Program-made: the position numbers and the translations under genes
The notes under the pieces: model-generated
Database searches by the model: none
Seen by the model: only the letters and a program-made list of their open reading frames with translations
What the model was told of the DNA's origin: nothing
Assembly (NCBI RefSeq): GCF_018977255.1
Contig: NW_024704758.1
Span: 2,170,001 to 2,234,000 of the forward strand
Reading direction: 5' to 3'
Length of the DNA: 64,000 bases
DNA from: Callorhinchus milii
Taxonomy: Eukaryota
In this document: positions 36,823 to 49,000 of the stretch, in pieces
Layout: every line of letters begins with the position of its first letter
Position numbering within the stretch: position 1 is the stretch's first letter

Positions 36823-39167
36823 TATATACAAACACAGAAATGGTGTCAAAACCTCTGGTGCAGTTCAGGACAGCGATCCTACTCATTTAAGACCTTAACA
36901 GAGAGATCAGGAAGGAGGTAGGACCTTATACACTGTGTGCATTTTCCCATACGGTATGACAAAAGCAAGTCATTTATTGTGCAACTCCACAATTCCTAAT
37001 TTCGATGGCATCCAGACATTTGTGTTTTTTGGTCAGCCGGGCGTCTGGCACACAGAAATCCCTCATCTTGCTTAAGAGTGTCCAAACAAGAATGAGAGTG
37101 CCACGTATGCATGCCACCTGTACAGGGAAATGCACTCTCTCCTCCCTAGAGAGAACACACCCTGTTTATTTGGTTAATTCTATCCTATCTCCACCAGCAA
37201 TGGTGAGCTGTCTCTAATGGGCGGAGGGAAACAGAAAGTGAAAGGTTCATATATAGAACACGTATTGCTTTGTACACACACAGACGCACGCACATTAAAA
37301 AAATATATACACAATTGCATATTGCACGTGTTCAAGGATGTTACCGCAAACTCTGCAAAAACACAACTCCAGTGGTCACAAAGTTGCAGCCTATGTACAA
37401 GTATTTATTGGAGTTACGGCTCTCCCAAAATAATCCCATCACATGTTGATTTGCATTCCCAGTTGCAGTGACATTGGCATAAAGGAACAAATAGTTTTTT
37501 CCCATCTCTCTTCCCTCTCTCAGAACATACTGCAAAGTGAATTGACTGTGATTCAGGGGGTGAAACGCAGCATCCAATTACGCACAGCAGTGTCCCCCAA
37601 ACAGTCGTGGAAAGAATGACCGATTTTTTTTGAGGGATTATTACTGACAGAAAGCGATCCTCTAATCGACCAACATTTGCTGCCAGGTAAACAGAGGCGT
37701 GTGGAATAAGGAAACTGGTCAAAGGTTTCCGGGAATCGAACCCGGGTCCTCTCGCTTGCGAGGCAAGCACCCTAAACACTATGATACGGGATGCCCCAAG
37801 TATCTTGGTGTAGAGTTGAACCCCTTCAGGAGAGGGGAGACCTGGAGCGAGCAGGAGAGATGGAGAGTGGAAACTCAGTTTACTGAGATGCACAACGCTG
37901 AAGAAGTTCTTTAAACACATAACAACAGTGGTTAGAAGCCAACACGTAAAAAATAAAATAACCTTTTTAAAAAAGACACAACCATCAGTAGTCAAACAGC
38001 ACGAGATAAAATCTTACAGAAACATAATATAACCTATGTATTTATAACAACTTACTGCATACAAGTTTTCACAACAACAACTTGCATTTATGTAGCACCC
38101 TTCATGCAGGCTAGCGTCCCAGAGCTCTTCCCATCACACGTTGAGCATTCCTAATTGCAGTGATTTACAAATAAAACTCACACACATATATGGCAATAGC
38201 CGAAATTTGTACAAGGAATTAAAACGATGGAATTTGATGAGTCTCCCCCCCCCAAAAAGGGCGTCATAAAAAAGTGCATCAATCTGCATAGACTTGTTAC
38301 AATGATGTGAAGCTATCTGATCATTTGGTTCCTATGGATAGCGACGAGGTATCAACAGCAAGTGGTTTGGTGAGTAGTTAAGCACCTTACTAGAAAGACT
38401 TATCTATGTAAATGCATCTCACCTCGCTCTTTTTCTCCTCCATCAGAATTGTTTTTTTCCCAATATTAAGCACCCATCTTTATTTCTCAATTCCCCCCCC
38501 CACCCCCACCCACCCTCCCCAATTCCATTCACAACTCTATTACCAGATTAAATCTGCTAATTTTTAACATAACAAAAAAAAACTCTATATTTACAAATCT
38601 AAGCGTGGACACATTGCACTGACCGATTATATATTTTTTTCTCTATTTGTTACTCTGTGACAACATGTTGTTATTTATAATAATTAGCATCCTAGCATTT
38701 AAATGTAGCGCCTTAAATACCTTGAAACGTCTCAAAGTGCTTCACAGAGTTTCCTGGCAAGTGCAGTGACTGTGTCCGTGGAGGTAAACGTGGAAGCCAA
38801 TTTGCACACGGCAATGCCCCACAAACAGCCATGAAGTGAATGACTAGTTTTTGGGGAGGCTTGTCAGCCAGGACAGCGGAAGAGAGAAACTCCCTCCTCT
38901 TTTCGAACAGCCACAGGTATCTTTTAACGTCCACCTGAACAGGCAGACGGGAACCAATACAAAGAAACACATAATTTGCACTGAATTGTTGTGGGCTATG
39001 AATATTAAATTTAAGGAGAAATGTTTACTACCAATTGCGCCACAGGGTAAGTAAGAAGCCTCACCTGAGTCTGAATGTGCAGTGGTTAGTATATGGCTGT
39101 GCCCCTCTACAAGATTGCACATCGAGCAAAAGGTGAGGGCCACAAATGTTACCTAGAGAAGTGGTTT

Positions 39168-39540
39168 AATAATAATAATAATCCTTGTATTTGATACAAC
39201 GCCTTATCACGTCGTAGAGACTTCTCAAAGCTCTTCACAGAATATACTGCAAAGTGAATTGATTGTATATTTTGTGGGTGAAACGTGCAGTCAATTACGC
39301 ACAGCGGTGTCCCACTAACAGTTGTGGATTGACTGACCGCATTATTCATTTTTTTTAATATAAAGGTATCATTACCCCCAGAAAGCGATCCGCCAATCGA
39401 GTAACAACCGGGATCCTACTTACTGCTGGGTAAACAGAGGAGTGGAGTAAGGAAACTTGCCTAAGGTTTCGCCCTGAATGGGAATCGAACCCGGGTCCTC
39501 TCGCTTGCGAGGCGAGTCCTCTAACCACTACGCTACAGGT
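39168..39540 (-). mobile_element. Full-length SINE within the PNPLA2 3'UTR
   Basis: tRNA head with GGTTCGATTCCC, body and (TTA)n tail. Confidence 0.88.
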
Positions 39541-39782
39541 TTAGCACAAAAGCAGCCTCTGGAACTGCGAGCCGCTTTCACAAGAGGCTTTGTTTTACGT
39601 AGAGAGAAATGCACGTAGAGCATCTTCATAGGCTTAGCTCGTGACGTCGCTCGAAAAAAAAAAGTACCCGTTATATTCTATACACTCACACACACACACA
39701 TAGGAAAAAATACTTTCAGGCTAAGAGGTACCCAGCAGAGATAGAAAGTCTGTGTGGCGCAGCCCACCACCACCTTTAATAC

Positions 39783-40050
39783 TCAAATACTGGCCCCTGA
39801 GGAGGGTGGAGAGGGTTTCATCTCTAAGCCAGTTGACTCCAGGTCCTCTTGGCACATGGACGCTTGCATTTTGAGGTCAATGTGGAGCTTGCCCGGCCAC
39901 AGCTGTCGCTGGTACTCTTCACACTTCACGATCAGGTCCATCACCGAGGTATTGCTCCTCACCCACTTGCGGACAGACTCGTAAGAGGACAATCCTCGCG
40001 AGGGTAGGAACAGGCTTTTGGTCCTGTGGAACTCCAGGTTATAGTGCAGC
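39783..40050 (-). CDS. PNPLA2: PNPLA2 last coding exon ([17 protein letters not shown]...[22 protein letters not shown]...GASI*)
   Basis: 268 nt to TGA at 39785-39783; EExQRQL motif as in ATGL. Confidence 0.9.
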
Positions 40051-43000
40051 CTGCAACAGCAACAACAACAAACAACAAACGTCAGGAGGATGTCCCAAGG
40101 CGCTGCAACACAGGAGGCGGCAGGTGAATGAGAACGAGACGCGGCTTTTAATGGTTATTTAAAAGGTGTTGGAAGTAAGACTACGTTCAATTTGAGTTAA
40201 ATTATTCTGTACGGTTTAGCCTCGGTGCTTCATCATTTTATTTCGCTTCCTAGCCGCGTTTTGGCAATAAATATAAACCTTGCGAAACGCAAAATGCTGC
40301 AGATGCTGGAAATCTGAAACAAAAACAGAAGTCGCTGGGAACACTCAGCAGGTCAGGCAGCATCTATGGAGAAAGGAAAGTGAGTCAATGTTTCGGGTCC
40401 ACGACTCCAAGTTCTGACCCTGAGTTCTGATGAACACTGTTGAGTGTTCCCAGCGACTTCAATATAAACCCTGTGTGTTTGGTATAGCGCCTTGTCATGT
40501 CCTCGAGATGTCCCAAATCGAATCACAGGAGATCATAATACTGATAATAATAATCCTTGCATTATATATAGCGCCTTATAACGTCGTTGAGATGTCTCAA
40601 TGCGCTTCACATAATGCGACAGCTAATTGCGCACCGCAGTGTCCCACAAACAGCCATGGGTTGAGTGAACAAATTATTATTATAATTTTTTTAAGGGATG
40701 ATTATTCCACAACACGATCTGCCAATTAACTGGTTTCACATTGCCCGGGATTCGAACCTAGGTCCTCTCGCTCGCTAACCAATACTCTTAAGAGGATTTT
40801 TGTGGGCGAAACTGTGATCAATTGTTGCCACACGAGCCATATGTGCCCTCACCTTGCGTTGAGGCTGTGTCCGAGCCTGGCCTTGGCGTTCTTCACAAAG
40901 TACCACAAGACGTTGCTTATCTGATCTTTCATCCAGTCCACGTCGCTGGGCAGGTCGGGCAGCCACTCGAGGATCCTAGCGGAGCAAAAAACAGGCGAAG
41001 GTCACATGAGAAGCCTGCGGGAACCGGAAGTTCATCATTAAATCCTTCCGCGTGCATGCATTTGGCATGTCTGTGTGCGCTTGTGCGCGCGTGTGTGTAT
41101 GTGCGCACGCGTGTGTGTGTGTATGGACTGTCTCACCTTTCCAAAGAATTAACTCGCGGAATAGGAACTTGAGCAAAGCACCCCCGTAGTTATACTGAGA
41201 TACTTGGTGAGATTTACACGCTCAGGTTGTATAGTGCTGTTCAGGCCACACAAGGCTGTGTACAGTGAGAGAGGTCGGTCCTTTCTCGCACACCCTCCCC
41301 TTTGCCAAAATGTACCTCCTGGCGTAGTGACTGTGTGTTTCGTGGGCGAGCGCAGAGGGTCAGCGTCCACTTACCTCACGGTGAGCGAGACTGCGGATTC
41401 CACCGGCAGCGTGTAGGGAAGCATCAGGACTGAGGCCAGGCGAACGGGCAGCATGTTGGAGACAACTGAGCAGAGACTCTTGCTTTCAGTGCAGGCGTCC
41501 GTCAGCGCTACGTGGAAGCAAAGGTGTTGTTAGATAAAAAAAGTCACATTTTTATAACACCTTTCACGTCCAAGACAGTCAGGGGGTTGGGATCAGGAGG
41601 GTAGGGGGAAGAGGGCGACCAAAGAATATCTTGAGACAGGCACTGAAGGTGGCAATTGGAATGGTGGAGATAGGGGAGTTGGGGTGGGCGAGGCGAAAGG
41701 ACTGAGGGATGGTGTTCCAAAGGTTGGGGGGGAGGGGGGGGGTTGGGGGCCTGGGGAAGAAAACAACATAAAGCAAATACACTTTGACGAAAAAGTAACA
41801 TTGCACGTCGTCAAAATGGTGGAACTTGAGGTCGTTGGGAGCATCGTAGAGAAACTGCTCCCAAATGCTGAGCAAGCAGGGTGAGGTGCGTGATTAAAGT
41901 GGTTTGAGTTTTAAGTAATCTGAGCTCTTGTCAATCCGTCTCTTTCAGCGAAGGTCTGCTCTCATCTGTATTCCCCGACTAGAAAACCAGATTAAATTGA
42001 GCCATTCATCTCATGGCCGCCTGTAAGACTTTCCTGGCACGAGAAGCTAAACTGCCTGCACCGTACCACAAAGTGACTCATTGTGCAAAGACTTGCTGAG
42101 TGTTCACAATTAGAATTTCCCCTCGTTCAGAATTGCCCTCGTGTTAAAACCCTGGCGGAGCCGATGACTAAGTCGCTGCATTAGGCGAGAATCTCGGCGA
42201 CTCAGAGATTGATTCGGAGTCTATAGGTGAACCTTCCTGAAGCTGAGGCAGGTAATAATAGCAATAATAATCCCTGCATTTGATATAGCACCTTATCACG
42301 TCGTCGAAACGTCTCAAGGTGCTTCACAGAATATACTGTGAAGTGAAGTGTCTCTACATTTTGTGGGTGAAACGCAGCAACCAATTGTGTGCAGCAGTGT
42401 CCCACAAAGAGTTGTGGATTGAGTGACCAAATTATAATTATTAATTTTTTTAAAAAGGGATTATCACTCCCGGAAAAGCGATCCGTCAATTGACTAACAA
42501 CCAGGTTCTTACTAAATAAGCAGAGTAACGAAACTTGGCTAACGTGTCGCCCCGCCTGGGAATCGAACTCAGGTCCTCTCGCTTGCGAGACGAGTGCTCT
42601 AACCACTGAGCTACAGGACTCCACAAGATGTGGATTGCTCACCTTGGTGCAGGCGGGGTGGCATGTGTTCCATGATCCTATTGTTGTTCTCGGACATGGC
42701 GCCGGCCTGATTCCCTTCTGCAATCTCCATCACCTCCACCTCCTCTTCCACCCAGTTCGACTCGTACAGAGATCGTGGGCAGGGGTTCTGTAAGAGCGTT
42801 GGTCGGTTCAGCAAGGCTGCACAGAGAAGAAACAACAGGGGAGGAAGGGAAGAGAAGGTGGAAAAGGGAAGGGGTGGGATAAAGGAAATAGAACATTATT
42901 TACAAAGATAAACTAAAGCTTAATTTAACCACGATTTACTAAGAATGTACAACAACAACAACAAATTACTTTTGCACAGCGCTTTTCACATCAGGAGGAC

Positions 43001-46000
43001 GTCCCTAGACACTAGACAGTCAGGGATCCACACCCGAGCTGGTGGTTGGAATCAGGGTAGGGAGTAGGAGGGTGACCGAAGGCGTGGTCGAAGAGGAGGG
43101 TCTTGAGTCGGGTCTTGAAAGAGGCAAGGGAGGGGACTCAGAGGAGATACAATTCGGAAACAAAATCTGTCTGTGCTGGTGTTTATACTCCACACGAGTC
43201 TCCATCCATTCCTTTACTCCCTCCCACGGGTTAAGAGAAGTTCCACTTTGGGGAGATTAATACAACATTTTATTAATCTGCAAAAAGACATGGTTAGGGA
43301 ATTATTTTTTGGCACTTGTAGTTGAATTTGCTAATGTACTAAGTGCAACATGAATTGTTGGACCATCAATTGTTTGAATCTGTAACATTTAGAGGAGTAA
43401 GGAAACTTGCCAGACGTGTCGCCCTGCCCGGGAATCAAACCCAGGTCCTCTCGCTTGCGAAACGAGTGCTCTAACTCCACAAAACTCCACAGTCAATGGG
43501 CCTCATTAATCACCGGGCACAATAACACATACAAATTATATTCGTAAAGCACCTTTCGAGTCGGGAAACTCAACCCAAGGTGGAATACCTCACTCACCAT
43601 TCCTCTTGAGGAAGTCCAGGGCATCACTGAAACCTTGTTTGCACATGTCCTTCATCACCTGCTCAACACAACACAAAACCAACATGATTAAAATCTATTA
43701 TTACATTGCAATCATCACAGAAAACTTCACTCATTTAGATACCCGCCGGTAGACTATTTACTCCACTCCTTTGCAGAGAACCACGTCAATATGTGAAGCC
43801 TCGGTATGAAAGGATAAAAATAATAATGACCCTTGCATCTGATATATTGTTGAGACATCTCAAAGCACTTCACAGCATATACTGTAAAGTGTAGTGACTG
43901 TGCATTTTATGGGCGTTACGTGGCAGCCAATTGCACACAGCAATGTCCAACAAATATGATTTGAAAGCGATCCACCAATCGGCTAACAACTGAGTTCCTA
44001 CTCACTGAGAGGGCAACCGAGGCGTGTGGGGTACGGAAATTTGCCTAAGGTTTTGCCCTGCCTGGGGAATCTAAACCCAGGTCCTCTGGCTTGCGAGGCG
44101 AGCACACTAACCACTACGCTATAGGACTTCACATAAGCAAAGCAACACTTCAACAGCAGAAACAACAAGTTGCATTTACACAGCGCCCTTCGCACAGAGT
44201 AGCGTCTCGGAGCAGTTACCTCTGGCTCAGGTGGGAATAAGGCCTTGGAGAGCCGGTACAGGTTCTGCAGGTTGAACTGAATGCTAGTGTTGGTTATTCT
44301 CATCTCGTGCATGTTGTTGGAGCGATCGCGAGGGCAGATGTCGCTCTCGCCAGCAAATGGAGACACCGTGATTGTGTTCTTGAGCTCATACTGAGGCAGG
44401 TTGTCTGTAATACCACCGTCGACATATCTCTGGAGAGAGGATGGAACAGGGTTTTATTTTAAACACAAGAATAATAATAATAATAATCCTTGCATTTGAT
44501 ATAGCTCATCACGTAGTTCAGACGCTCAAGAATATGTTATTAAGTGAATCGACTGTATATTTGGGGGTGAAAAACATAGCAGCCAATTACACAAACAGTC
44601 GTGGATTGAGTGAAAATCTTTCTTTCTTTCTTTCTTTCTTTCTTTATTTACTTATTTATTTACTAATTTATTTCTTTATTTACTTATTTATTTCTTTATT
44701 TACTTATTTATTTGGCACAATTACCCTCGGAAAGCATCTAAGCTATATTCCGCACTCACTCGCGGTTGCAGCACTCGCCTCACAAGTGAGAGGACCCGGG
44801 TTCGATTCCCAGGCAGGGCGAAACGCCTCTGTTTACCTAGCAGTAAGTAGGAACCCAGTTGTTAGTCTATTGGCGGATCACTTTTCTGGGGATAATAAAT
44901 CCCTTTAAAAAAACGCATATGGTTACTCAATCCACGACTGTTTGTGGAATCCTGTCGTCTCTGGCTCAGTGTCAGGCTGCACCACTGTAAAGTGCTCTGG
45001 GACTCTATCCTGCGTGAAGGGTGCTATATAAATAAGTTGTTGGTGTTGTAGTAATGCACACGGGGTTGGATAAACTTTCCTGTCCATAAACATTCCGCAA
45101 AACAGCGACTTCTCCTTAAACGTTTAAATAACACTTCTTTGAATCCAATGAATCAACAAAAACACCCACTTCTCTCTACGATCAACAGGGAAGCGAGGAG
45201 AAATGACGTATAACTAAAAGGTATTTACCACACGAGCACTGCCAGATGTTTACTTGTTTTTTGACTGTTCTATGAACTATCGTATTTTAAAGTATGACTC
45301 AGGGTTCAGAGATGTGTCCGGTATTTCAACGTTATCATAAACATCAAGGTCCCTGGTTAATAATTAATGCCGTTAATGTATCTCCCAATGTAGCACCAAA
45401 GCCTTACAGAGTAGGAGGACCATGGGGAGATGCTGGGGCAGTAGAGTTTGGTGCTTTAAGCCCCGAAGCTTTGAAACGCTCTCCCCCAATCCCTCCGCTT
45501 TGCCCCCTCCTTTCCCTCTTTCAGATCACAACTGAAGACCTTGCTCTTGACTGTTCTTATGGGCACCTTCTCCTTCCCTTCCCCTCGCTCAGCATTAGGC
45601 TCCGCTACTGTTAAGCGCTCCAAGACACTGCTCTGCATAAATGGCGCTATAAGAATGCAAGTTGTTGTTGTTACTGTTGAATGTTGAACCCCCATCATTG
45701 CCCAACTCCACTGGCTTCCCATCACACAAAGGATACAGTTCAAGATCCTGGTCCTCACCTTCAAAGCCCTCCATGGTCTTGCTCCCCTCCTACCTCTGTG
45801 ACCTCCTAACCCCCTGCCATCCTGCTCGCTCCCTCCGCTCAGCAGACTCCAGCCTGCTTCACGTCCCCTGCCTCGCTCGTCCCACTATTGGCGGGCGGAC
45901 CTTCTGCCACTCTGCCCCCACCCTCTGAAACTCCATCCCGCAGTCCCTGTGCCTCGCCCCCTCCCTCGCCACCTTCAAGACACATCTCAACTGTGCTTTC

Positions 46001-49000
46001 GATCTCCCTGTTTCTCCCCTGCCCTCCGCTCCCCCACCCCGACCCTTAGCTCTGGTCTGAAACTCTGTCTGTCCAGCCTTGGGACGTCCTCCTGACGTGA
46101 AATGCGCTATAGAAATGTAATTTTGTTGTTGTTGAATGGTCCTCAGCCTCCCAATGCTTGAGCGAGGGCAGGAGGGGAAAAGTGGGGAATAAACCGGCAG
46201 AATTCCCATGACATGGGGACAGAGCACGAATCGTATACATCAAAAGCTAAATATTAGAATCACAATTTCGGACTGAAGAGGGTTACAAAAGTAAAAATAA
46301 TGAAAGAGTCGCTATCTAAAGAAAATATAACAATCTTAAGGTGCAACCTTCAATAATAATGCTTGCATTTGATATAGCACCTTACCACGTTGTCAACAAT
46401 GTCTTAAAAGTTGTCTTCACAGAATGTACTGTTTGCCCACAGCAGTGTCCCACAGACAGCTACGGAGTGAGTGATCAATTTTATTTGGAGGATTGTTGGC
46501 CAGGACACCCAGAGAGACAAACTGCCTTCTCTTTTTGAGTAGTGCCACAGTGTACGTATGTACATGAAACTAAATATAAAATAGACGGTAACTAAACATA
46601 CAATAGATTTCAGGGCCTGTCCTTTGGAAAATAAACCCTGCTCTCAATTCAATCGTTTTTGCTTTCTCTATCCCACTTGTGCCCTCTAGAGTGTATCATC
46701 TAGAATGCTGTACAAAAAGGTGTCTTCTCTCTTGAGCAACCCAGTTCTGGATTTTAAAAATAGATGTAAATACTATATTAAGCAATCCTTTGTGCACAGG
46801 ATGGTGAGAAAATGGAACGACTGCATGGGAGACACAGACAGAATCAACTGATCAGAGATGAATATACTATGCTGTACACATCGTGTAAGGCTGTTAAAGG
46901 GATGCAAGAGAAAGGCTGGGAGATGTGATTAAAGCTTTTCCTTGCGTTTATCAACATCACAAGATTGGTCTGGATGAAGAAGGCTCTTCAGCCCATTTGA
47001 TCTCATCCTTCCTGAATGCCCACTCGAACAACCTGCCATCACAGTATCGAGCTCCAGTGTTTAATGATGGCAAAGACTGTAGGGCTCGCTCCTATGCACT
47101 GTTACAGTGAATGACAACTTTATCTTGGAAGACTGCGCAAATGCTAACCTCCTAGCAAGTGCTCTGTCACGTTAGCAGTGGAACGACTGGAAAAGACATT
47201 ACACATTGAACAGAGACAAAGTTTAATATCAAATTAAGTATCTTGCCTGTATTTACTTGTTTGAACACACACACTTCAATTCCTGCAACAGGAGATTCGT
47301 GACCTGAATCACTGGCTGCTCACAGCTCATCCATTTAAAGCTGACATTAGTGCTGACAGCAGCGATACAGGTGAGCGATCAGGCTGAAATTTCACGTCGT
47401 GTTGAATCTCCCATCGCCTCGCTTCACAGGGATGAGTTTGTTTGCCACCAAAAGTAAGATCTCATGACACGACTCAAAAAAGAGAAGGGAGTTTCTGACC
47501 AGTAACTCTCCAGATAAATTGGTCGTTCACCTCCTGGCTATTTGTGGACATCGCTGTGCCAAATTGGCTGCTGCTTTTGTCTCTTTTGTACATAACCACT
47601 CACTACACTTATTGCAAAGCACTTTGAGACCTTGACAAGATAGGCATTATAATAATAAAATATATAATACATAATAATATAATTCCATTATATTCTACAG
47701 GCATCATATCGAATGCATTGATCATTTTTACAGTAACCTTATGGAGAAAGGGCTACAAAGAGAAAAAGATGAACGAGAAAGGAGAAAGTTATATCACAGC
47801 GTTCTTTGCATGTCTCCAGTGACCAGTTCAAGTGTACTGGGAATTATGGCAATTACAAAGAGGATGCCATTCAGCCTGTTGATCCTATGCTTTCTCTCTC
47901 TCTTTCATAATAATAATCCTTGCATTTGATATAGCGCCTTATCACATCTTTGTGACGTTTCAAAGCGCTTCACAGGATATACTGTAAAGTGTATTGACTC
48001 TATATTTTGTGGGCGAAATGCGGCAGCCAATTGAATGGAGGTATCTTCATTAATTTAATTCTACTTCTAAAGGCAATCACTACGCTTTACAGTAAATCCT
48101 GGCACATCCTCCCGATGTAATATATGCTGTATTAAAGTGTATTAACTACATTTCAGCACTCTGGGACACGACCCTGCGTGAGGGCCATTACGTAAATGCA
48201 AGTTGTTGTATTAAATGCAATGATTCTTATCATTATTACTATTTCTCTGCTTTTTCTCATTGTTCATTTGTGTACACTATTCCCCTTCAAATACAAATCC
48301 AGGAAGAGATGCCGGGGGATCAAGTTCGCTGACAAAGCAGCTGCACAATATGGATGGGGAACCGTAGAACCAATATGAAACTTTTAATTTGGTTTTAAAA
48401 GGAAGTATGCTAAGCTGAAAGAGCCTTATACACATAGACATCTAATAATTCCTTTTAAAAAATGTGGTCACTCAATTCACAACTGTTTGCGGGACACTTC
48501 TGTGCACAATTGGCTGCCGTATTTCGTCCATAAAATATTCTGCAAAGCCCCTGAGATATTTTGAAGACGTGATAAGGCTCTATATTAAATGCAAGGACTA
48601 TTATCATTATTATTATTGTTGTTATTATCTCTGCATAGGCTGAATAGTACAGACCGTAAGATGCCAATTTTGCAATTTCCTTTAGTTTCTTCCCATTCAA
48701 ACCTACGTCTTTCTGTGGTTATCAATGATGAGGAGTCATAGTGACAGGTGGGGAAAGAGATGGACAAACATGTAGACAGAAATGCACTTTGTATTGCATC
48801 ATAGCTGTATAGTCTGGCATGAGAAATCATGCTGTCCTCAAACAAAGAGACAACAAACAATGACTGGAAAGACATCACAAGGTCTGTAACGGAGTTAAGA
48901 GGATCAAATGATAGCTAACAGTGAGAGTAAAGCTGCACGTTTACAGTGACATCAAATCCCTTGAGTATTATAACCTTGAGCACCTCCCCAAACACAGTCT

